64,000 nucleotides of DNA from a virus, in the IMG/VR virus record IMGVR_UViG_3300036781_000275, positions 1 to 64,000 of that record; one strand, given 5' to 3'. The notes beneath the pieces were generated by a model, which worked only from the letters and a program-made list of their open reading frames with translations, did not search any database and had not been told where the DNA came from. Of this stretch, positions 57,928 through 64,000 are shown piece by piece. Within the stretch, counting starts at the first letter, position 1. Each line of letters opens with the position of its first letter. Position numbers and translations under genes: made by a program.

Positions 57928-58401
57928 TCAATCGGGAATGTCGTCGTCGTTCGTGAGTCCGTCCTTCCACGGCTCGGGCGGATCATCGCTGGCGGGGCGC
58001 TGTGAATCGCTCGTCGGATCGAACGCGTGATCCGTCGAATCAAATGCGCCGCCGTCGCCCTCGACGCGCTCTTCGCCATCGCGCTCATCACCGGGGATCG
58101 TGCCACCGGTCAAGTCGATGACCTCGCCGCCCTTCGCGGGCGGTTCGTCGAACGGGAGATCCGGCTGCTCTCCGACCACGTGCGATTCCGGCGCGGGCTC
58201 GTCCATGATCTGCGGTTTGATCTGATCGCGAATTTCCGCCGCGATCGACAACATCGTGTCGTACCCATCCGTGGGCACGCCGAACTCGCTCGCCTTTTTC
58301 TTCTGCTTGCTCAGGGCGCTTTCGTATTCGGCGAGCGCGTTGTTCACGACGTTGCGCTGCCGGCCGAAGAGCCTGAGTACCATTTCGCCATTCTCGTCCA
58401 C
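57928..58401 (-). CDS. hypothetical protein with acidic tail
   Basis: ends DGLTNDDDIPD, reminiscent of SSB-like acidic tips. Confidence 0.45.
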   Translation of the reverse strand: MDENGEMVLRLFGRQRNVVNNALAEYESALSKQKKKASEFGVPTDGYDTMLSIAAEIRDQIKPQIMDEPAPESHVVGEQPDLPFDEPPAKGGEVIDLTGGTIPGDERDGEERVEGDGGAFDSTDHAFDPTSDSQRPASDDPPEPWKDGLTNDDDIPD

Positions 58402-58441
58402 GTGCCGCTCCGTGTTCGTCAGGGGGGAGAAAGAGTGTGCG

Positions 58442-59956
58442 CTACGCGCAGACGCCGACCTCGCTCTGCATTTTGCGTTTCATCGCGATGATCGCGTCAG
58501 CCCGTGCGCCCGGAAACATCTCACGAATCTTCTCCGGTGCCAAGGTCTCGGCCGCGCGGAGATTTGTGGCGGTATCGATGCGCGCTCTTTCGAACGCGGC
58601 TTCGTCTTCGTCCTGTGCGTCGAGCTGTTCCGGCGTGCGATCGCGCAGCAAGTCGCCGAGCGGTGGCTCGCTGGGCAACGGCACCGGTGTCTCCGTGGTC
58701 GTGGCGAGATGCACCACGCAGAACGGATCCTCAACGCCGTCCTTGCACGTGCATTCCTGCGAGAGCGCGGCGGGCGTTGGTTCGCCGCGCGACAGGTGAT
58801 CCGCGATTTGCGCGGCGCTCGCCGAGCCCAACGGTGGAAGCGGCGCGCGGAGCTGCGGAGCCTTGGCGTCTGGCGCTGGCGTCGCGCCGGCCATCGACTC
58901 AGCGCGCAGTCCTGCCGCCGCCCTGAACAGGCCAGTCGGCTCTAGCCCAGCTACCGGGTCTCCGTCCAGTGTCACGACGTCGCCGCCGAGCGATTCGGCG
59001 AGCGCCGCGTCGGCCGCCGCGTTGTTGCGGTCCTCCAGCTCCGCGGAGAGATCCGCAAACACCTGCGCGATGCGCTCGTTGTCGGGCTGTTTCGCCGCGG
59101 CACCTTGAGCGCGCGCGTACCCGTCCTTCAGCACGTCGAGTGGCAGTTCGGGCAGCGGCTTGCCCGCGTGCTCTTCGAGCCCCTTCATCTTCACGAACCG
59201 CGGCCCCTCATATTTCCGCGCCACGACCTTCTCCTCGGCTTTCGCCGACGACAACCATCGGCGAATGTCGCCAGCCACGTCCGGGTCTTTGAGATCCCAC
59301 AGCGTGTCCGCGTCCGTCCCGAACAAGCCCGTGTTGTCTTTCGTGCAATGCGCCGAGTGCGATGGCATCACGTCGAAGACCAGCGCGAATTCATATTCCG
59401 TGCCCTCGCGCACCGTGGGGTTCACGCCGAGCTTGATGGGCTTCTTGCCGCCGTTGTGGTCGACGAGCTGATACTCCTGCTTCGAGCGCGACGTCGCGAT
59501 CACGTGCACGGGCGCTTCCAGAATGTGCCGGATCAGATCGTCCCATTCGCGGCCGAACATCTTCCAATTCGCGAAGCCATTCGAGCCGGGGTTCGCCTTG
59601 TCGTACTTCTCCTTGCGGTCGAGCAAGTCCTGCCACGCGTGATGCAGCGAATCGATCACGACCACTTTGAATCCGGCCGCGACGGCCGCATCGAGCGCGG
59701 CTTTGTACGCGGCCGGCGTGACCGAACCGATGTCGCTGAGCGAGAGATGCTTGAACGGAAACTCGTCCGCGTAGTACAGCATGCGGTCGTTCTCGCTGTC
59801 GATGGCCGCGATCTCGCCCACGTCGAGCCCGCGCGCCAAGTAGAGCGCGCCTTTGCTTTTGCCGGATCCGCTCGGCCCGTTGATCATGGCTTTGAGCTTG
59901 ACCTTGGCTCGTTCGGCGGTGCGAAAGACGAACGCCGTGTCTGGTTTGGCTGTCAT
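58442..59956 (-). CDS. Sak4-like (AAA_24) ATPase/recombinase with long C-terminal extension
   Basis: GPSGSGKS, IDSE, VVIDSL.H.W, REGTEYEF, KDNTGLF. Confidence 0.85.
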   Translation of the reverse strand: MTAKPDTAFVFRTAERAKVKLKAMINGPSGSGKSKGALYLARGLDVGEIAAIDSENDRMLYYADEFPFKHLSLSDIGSVTPAAYKAALDAAVAAGFKVVVIDSLHHAWQDLLDRKEKYDKANPGSNGFANWKMFGREWDDLIRHILEAPVHVIATSRSKQEYQLVDHNGGKKPIKLGVNPTVREGTEYEFALVFDVMPSHSAHCTKDNTGLFGTDADTLWDLKDPDVAGDIRRWLSSAKAEEKVVARKYEGPRFVKMKGLEEHAGKPLPELPLDVLKDGYARAQGAAAKQPDNERIAQVFADLSAELEDRNNAAADAALAESLGGDVVTLDGDPVAGLEPTGLFRAAAGLRAESMAGATPAPDAKAPQLRAPLPPLGSASAAQIADHLSRGEPTPAALSQECTCKDGVEDPFCVVHLATTTETPVPLPSEPPLGDLLRDRTPEQLDAQDEDEAAFERARIDTATNLRAAETLAPEKIREMFPGARADAIIAMKRKMQSEVGVCA

Positions 59957-60097
59957 GCGATGGTTCTCCCTTGCGTCCACGTGATGAGCGTCCTACGTTG
60001 CTCGGTGTTGCACGCCTCCGGGGCGTGTAGTGAATGGCCTGTGTAATACCCTTGCCTTCGGCGGCTCGCACGTCATCTCGTGCGGGCCGCTGTTGCA

Positions 60098-60358
60098 TCA
60101 GACGGCGGCCGGCTCCGCCTCAACCGGTTCAGCGCGTGGAAAGAGATCGTTCACGCTGCGTCCAACACGGTTCGCGATCTCATGCTTGATCGCCGGGTTA
60201 TCCCACTTATCCATCAGCACGGCGTGCACGTTCGTGCGGTGAAAGCCGGTCGCTTTCGCGATGGCTGTCTGCGGCACCCCGTACTCTCGTAGCAACGCGA
60301 ACCGCTCCGCCTGAAGTGGCGTGAGTGCCGGTTTCGGTTTGGTTGGCTTTTTGCCCAT
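60098..60358 (-). CDS. Cro/Ner-like HTH regulator (candidate operator-binding protein)
   Basis: GVPQTAIAKATGFHRTNVHAVL...IA..VGRSV.DLFP; operator at 60380-60393 directly upstream. Confidence 0.75.
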   Translation of the reverse strand: MGKKPTKPKPALTPLQAERFALLREYGVPQTAIAKATGFHRTNVHAVLMDKWDNPAIKHEIANRVGRSVNDLFPRAEPVEAEPAAV

Positions 60359-60402
60359 GGTTCCCTCCGTGCGAGCAATCTAACGGGTGTTAGGCATCCG
60401 CG

Positions 60403-61221
60403 CTAGTGCTTTTGATGTTCCTTCCCATCAACAACGTTGAATCCAATCGCCCAGACAAAGGGATTTGATTCCCACGAATGGCCACGCTTCGCGTTCAGCG
60501 AGTCCCAGAGCGCGGCATACGTCTTTACCGGGTTGTCGAGTACGCCCGTGTTCATGCAGTCGAAGCACGCGAGACTCGTCGGCGGCTGATCAAGATGCGT
60601 ACATCGCGTATACGGCACGCCCTCAAGAATGGCGTCGTTGAGCGTGATGTCCTGCACGCGCTGCGCGCGCACCTCGGTCACTTCGAGCGTGATCCGTGAT
60701 GCCCACCGCGGCATGAAGATCGACGGTGTTCGGCGGATCCCGTAATCTTCGGCGGCATCCCCATCTGGGCACGACGCCACGTACTGCACTACTCGGCCGT
60801 CGTCGTGCGTGGCCTCAGCATCCCGCGCAAAGTGCGCCGGCGAGATGTAGGCGGTCTCTTTGACCCAGAGCTGCGACGCCGGCGGCGTGTACGGGTCACG
60901 CCTGTCGGTGCTCGGCTTCTGATCGTAGCAGCGCGCGGGCGCAATCTTCGGCCGTAGTCGATCGACCACCCCGTCACACCCCATGGTTTCACACCATACG
61001 CAACCGTTCGCGCTCTGATGCACCGGCACGTGCAGATATTCAGCGCCGCTCCCAATGCCGTCGCGCCAAGCTCGCGCGAAATCGGCATGCGCGAAGAACT
61101 GACGGCCCCACGCGCCGAACTGCGCGTTATCTGGCGTGATGACGCGCCGCGTCTGCGTCTTCGTGCCGGCGAGAATCGCGCGCACGCTCTCTGCGCCGAA
61201 GATCATACCGCGCTCTGTCAT
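60403..61221 (-). CDS. ASCH-like phage protein
   Basis: VRAILAGTKTQTRR, LWVKET, PSIFMPRWASRITLEV, W.SNPFVW. Confidence 0.75.
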   Translation of the reverse strand: MTERGMIFGAESVRAILAGTKTQTRRVITPDNAQFGAWGRQFFAHADFARAWRDGIGSGAEYLHVPVHQSANGCVWCETMGCDGVVDRLRPKIAPARCYDQKPSTDRRDPYTPPASQLWVKETAYISPAHFARDAEATHDDGRVVQYVASCPDGDAAEDYGIRRTPSIFMPRWASRITLEVTEVRAQRVQDITLNDAILEGVPYTRCTHLDQPPTSLACFDCMNTGVLDNPVKTYAALWDSLNAKRGHSWESNPFVWAIGFNVVDGKEHQKH

Positions 61222-61579
61222 TTGTTAACGGTCTCTCCGCACGTGCTCCAACAAAACCAGTGATCGCCGTAGTCGACCCAATTGTGATTGCACTCCGCGC
61301 TATTAGGTGGCGGCCCAATGATCATCGCGACTGTCTTCTCCGCGCTACGCCAGCGCTCAGCGTCCACCTTGTCCGCCTCGGTCGCGTCAGACCGCGCCTC
61401 CTCGATCGCCACGATCAGCGCGTCGCGCCATTTCGGTAGCTCGCAGTCGTCGACGTGCTTGCCGCTGCGGCATTTACAGACGCGGGCGCGCAAGATCAGT
61501 CCCTCCACGAGCCCCGTACGGTCGAAGCGCCACGCCTCTCGTTGGCGTGGCGCGGCGACCGATTCCGCCGGCGTGTCGC

Positions 61580-61891
61580 TCACGAGCCGAGCGGTTCCAG
61601 TTCGCCGAGCGGGTTTACTTCGCTCTTCAGCTCGCCGCGCGCGTTTAGTTCGCCCACGCGTACCGGCCTGCCATCGGATGGCTTGTACTCGACGCTGCCA
61701 TCGACCGGGTGGATGTTGAAGTTTTTCGGCGCGTCGATCAGCACGAATTTCTTGGCGTAGCTCGGCGCTTCGGCCTTGCAATTGCGCAGCGCGATCTTCG
61801 CGTCTGCGCCCTGACCCCAGCAGTTCGAGCCCATGACGAGCGCCGTGCGTCCTGCCGGCGCGGTCCAGATTGCTTTCGCTGATTTCACCAT
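61580..61891 (-). CDS. hypothetical early protein
   Basis: follows operator 61942-61955 and conserved leader. Confidence 0.55.
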   Translation of the reverse strand: MVKSAKAIWTAPAGRTALVMGSNCWGQGADAKIALRNCKAEAPSYAKKFVLIDAPKNFNIHPVDGSVEYKPSDGRPVRVGELNARGELKSEVNPLGELEPLGS

Positions 61892-61974
61892 ACCGTTGTC
61901 TCCGCGTTGGAAGCGCGAGTGAATTCTCGCATATCTCTAGCCTAACAGGTGTTAGCTCGGCGCGCAAGGGCCAG

Positions 61975-62403
61975 CAGAAAAGCCGCCCGGTGCGCGATAA
62001 TCAGTCGCGTCCGGTACGGCTTTCACTTCAGGCGTTCACGGTTTCCAATATGACCGCGCATGGCCGGGCACACAAGAGAACGAGCCGCTTAGGGACGAAT
62101 CCCCGCGGCTCGTTGCGCGACAGAAGCTTAGCGCTTCCTGTAAGCCGGTCTCTTGCGGCGGCCCGGATGATTTGCGATCAAGCGCGCTCCCTCGTGAGAG
62201 TTCGTGCGTCCGTGAACCTCGCATGGTTAACGCCTCTGGCCCGAAAGCGCAACGGCCGTAGCACAACCGGGTTCAGCGCTCGCTCTTCGCTGATGGAGCC
62301 GGTGCTACGACCGTTGCAAAAGCTGACCACCTATCCTGAGCTGATCCGATGCGCTCGTCCACGCACAAGCAGGAAGAGGCCGGGGCCTTTTGTCAGTGGT
62401 CAA
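61975..62403 (-). ncRNA. candidate large structured non-coding RNA
   Basis: nested inverted repeats over ~430 nt between tRNA-Met and a terminal hairpin with U-tract; no credible ORF. Confidence 0.6.
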
Positions 62404-62404
62404 A

Positions 62405-62477
62405 GAGCAGGGACCGGACTCGAACCGGCAACCTCCGAGTTATGAGCCCGGTGCGCTACCAATTGCGCTACCCTGCG
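62405..62477 (-). tRNA. tRNA-Met(CAU), initiator-like
   Basis: cloverleaf with CTCATAA loop, GGG 5' anticodon stem, unpaired C1:U72; no encoded CCA. Confidence 0.85.
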
Positions 62478-62524
62478 ATCGTCAATCTATGCGGCTGTCT
62501 GCTGTCTCCACCAGAGCCATTCAG

Positions 62525-62980
62525 TCAGGGCGTGCGCGTGATCGTGATACCGTCGGGACCCGACGAGGTGTTCGAAAAGATGACCGACTCCGTGAGCGGA
62601 TCTTTCCGATAGCTCACGCTGGCCGGTTTGCGTGGTTTGCGACGCCACTCCACCGTGACACCGCCGTGCATGGTCGCGTACAACGCTTCGCCGTGTGCGA
62701 GCACAATGTGGCCGTCAGGATCTTCGCGGTACACCGTGATCCAATCCTGATCGAGATCGTACGCAACAACGCCACTCTTGAGTTCGCGCCCGTATCGGCG
62801 GAACACGATGTCCCAGTCTTTCGTGCCGAAGAAATTCTCGTCTTTCCTGACGTCGAGCTTGCGCGGAATTTCCCGCTCAGGCTGCGCGAACAGTTTCGTG
62901 ATCGGCGAGAGCGCGACCACACCGACCGCCGTAGCGAGTGCCGTGGCGTTGCGGAAGAAACTGCGACGGTCTTGATCCAT
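62525..62980 (-). CDS. hypothetical protein with twin-arginine-like N-terminus
   Basis: DRRSFFRNA plus hydrophobic stretch. Confidence 0.5.
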   Translation of the reverse strand: MDQDRRSFFRNATALATAVGVVALSPITKLFAQPEREIPRKLDVRKDENFFGTKDWDIVFRRYGRELKSGVVAYDLDQDWITVYREDPDGHIVLAHGEALYATMHGGVTVEWRRKPRKPASVSYRKDPLTESVIFSNTSSGPDGITITRTP

Positions 62981-63003
62981 GGCCGTACGGTAGCGCCAGC
63001 CAG

Positions 63004-63711
63004 CTAGAACCGCAACGTCAGCATGCGGAGCTGCACGGGGCCTTGCTTGACCGTGATGTTCGTGGCGCTCGGCTTCTGATCATGCACGGCCAGATAGACG
63101 ATCGTACCGACCGCTACCGCGTGCCCCACCCAGTGCCATGCCGTGCCGGCCGACGCCTGTTTCTTCAGTACCGCGATCTCTCGGTTCCCGTCGTCGACGA
63201 GCCCTTGCAAGGCAAGCCGGGCGCGTTCACCGGCCGCGATCGTACTGGAGTCGTTCGCGATCAAATGGCCCGCCTCGACCAGCCGCGCCTGTAGCGCCAC
63301 GTCCCTCTCGGCGTGTGCGTGTTCTGCCGAGTCACTCGCCGCAACCAGTAACTCTACGTGGTCTCGGAGCTGCGCGGCCGTGCTCGCGGAATCGTGCGCC
63401 GCGGCCAGTGCGGCATCGCGTTCGTTGGCGAGTTGCCTCGTGACGCTATCGGCGTGTGCCGTGGTGCGGTATAGGGCGGCCGTATCGGCACGGTAGATGG
63501 TCCGCGCCTTCGCGTTCACGATGGCCGCCTTGACGGCCGTGTCGACGGCAGCGCGGGTCTCTTTCCCGTGCACGGCTCTGATCGAATCGAGCTGCGCCGT
63601 GAGCAGCTTCCGCGCGCCGACGTCGCGCTCGTGTACGACCAGCATGGTGCCCACGGCCACCGCGACCGTGAGCACCACCGCTGCAACAACCAGCTTCGCT
63701 CCGCTCGTCAC
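63004..63711 (-). CDS. membrane-anchored coiled-coil protein (spanin-like)
   Basis: N-terminal TM, long Ala-rich coiled coil, C-terminal hydrophobic segment. Confidence 0.5.
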   Translation of the reverse strand: MTSGAKLVVAAVVLTVAVAVGTMLVVHERDVGARKLLTAQLDSIRAVHGKETRAAVDTAVKAAIVNAKARTIYRADTAALYRTTAHADSVTRQLANERDAALAAAHDSASTAAQLRDHVELLVAASDSAEHAHAERDVALQARLVEAGHLIANDSSTIAAGERARLALQGLVDDGNREIAVLKKQASAGTAWHWVGHAVAVGTIVYLAVHDQKPSATNITVKQGPVQLRMLTLRF

Positions 63712-63715
63712 GCGT

Positions 63716-64000
63716 TTACGCCTTCAGACCGATCTTCTTGCGCGTCCAGTGGTAGAAATCGGCCATCATGTGGCGGAACGAGTCCCACTCCCGCTCGATC
63801 CACGGCTCGTTCGCCTTGCCGCCCGGCACCGCGGTCGGCGGCACGCTCGCCGCGACACGGCCGCTCTGATCGATCACGACCGCCTTCACGCCCACCGGCA
63901 GATTGTGCGCCGGATCGCCTTCGGGCAGCAGCGTCGCGACGGGCGAATCCGGGTGCTGAATGGTGGCACCGGCGTCCGTCACCGTGAGCGTCGCGCCCAC
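63716..64000 (-). CDS. hypothetical protein (5' end outside window)
   Basis: open to the window edge. Confidence 0.4.
   Translation of the reverse strand: MGATLTVTDAGATIQHPDSPVATLLPEGDPAHNLPVGVKAVVIDQSGRVAASVPPTAVPGGKANEPWIEREWDSFRHMMADFYHWTRKKIGLKA

Noticed and set aside
62130-62156. CCGGCTTACAG resembling the RNase P RNA 3' conserved region; also considered tmRNA
   Set aside because: No upstream GAGGAAAGTCC partner and no tRNA-like ends or tag reading frame recognised.
1-64000. Stop-codon reassignment; integrase or att site
   Set aside because: TAA, TAG and TGA all end full-length conserved genes; no recombinase or att-like tRNA duplication recognised in this window.

Overview
This 64-kb window is part of a high-GC tailed-phage genome, probably a siphovirus, with essentially all genes on the minus strand. 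Reading in the direction of transcription (right to left) it contains: a spanin-like/membrane gene; tRNA-Met followed by a ~430-nt structured non-coding region; a long early/accessory region (HTH regulator, Sak4-like ATPase, SNF2-like helicase plus DNA methyltransferase, DnaQ-like exonuclease, orphan HigA, tRNA-Lys, VRR-NUC, zeta-like kinase, AAA+/vWA-metallopeptidase triad, AraC-like regulator, Gp37/Gp68, MazG, ASCH, DUF1643, tyrosine phosphatase and many small ORFs); a ParB-N/glycosyltransferase DNA-modification block; terS-HNH-terL; an inserted early cassette; portal; a fibre-like repeat-protein block; head genes; and neck, tail tube, frameshifted chaperone and tape measure (truncated at the left edge). 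The most notable signals are non-coding: (i) a cluster of ~10 DnaA-box-like 9-mers (52788-52971) and a 15/16 match to the chromosomal parS palindrome (27133-27148), suggesting use of host DnaA and ParB; (ii) 15 copies of a palindrome CTAAC-N4-GTTAG embedded in sigma70-like promoters across the early region, plus a conserved leader/RBS motif; (iii) a large structured RNA after tRNA-Met and a structured, terminator-containing leader before the capsid gene. There is also a small protein ending in Gly-Gly next to a Cys-His-Pro partner (possible ubiquitin-like module). An AraC-like gene and a lipoprotein hint at a Gemmatimonadota host. No integrase, DNA polymerase, primase or reverse transcriptase was recognised. 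All family assignments come from motif recognition by eye, not from database searches.
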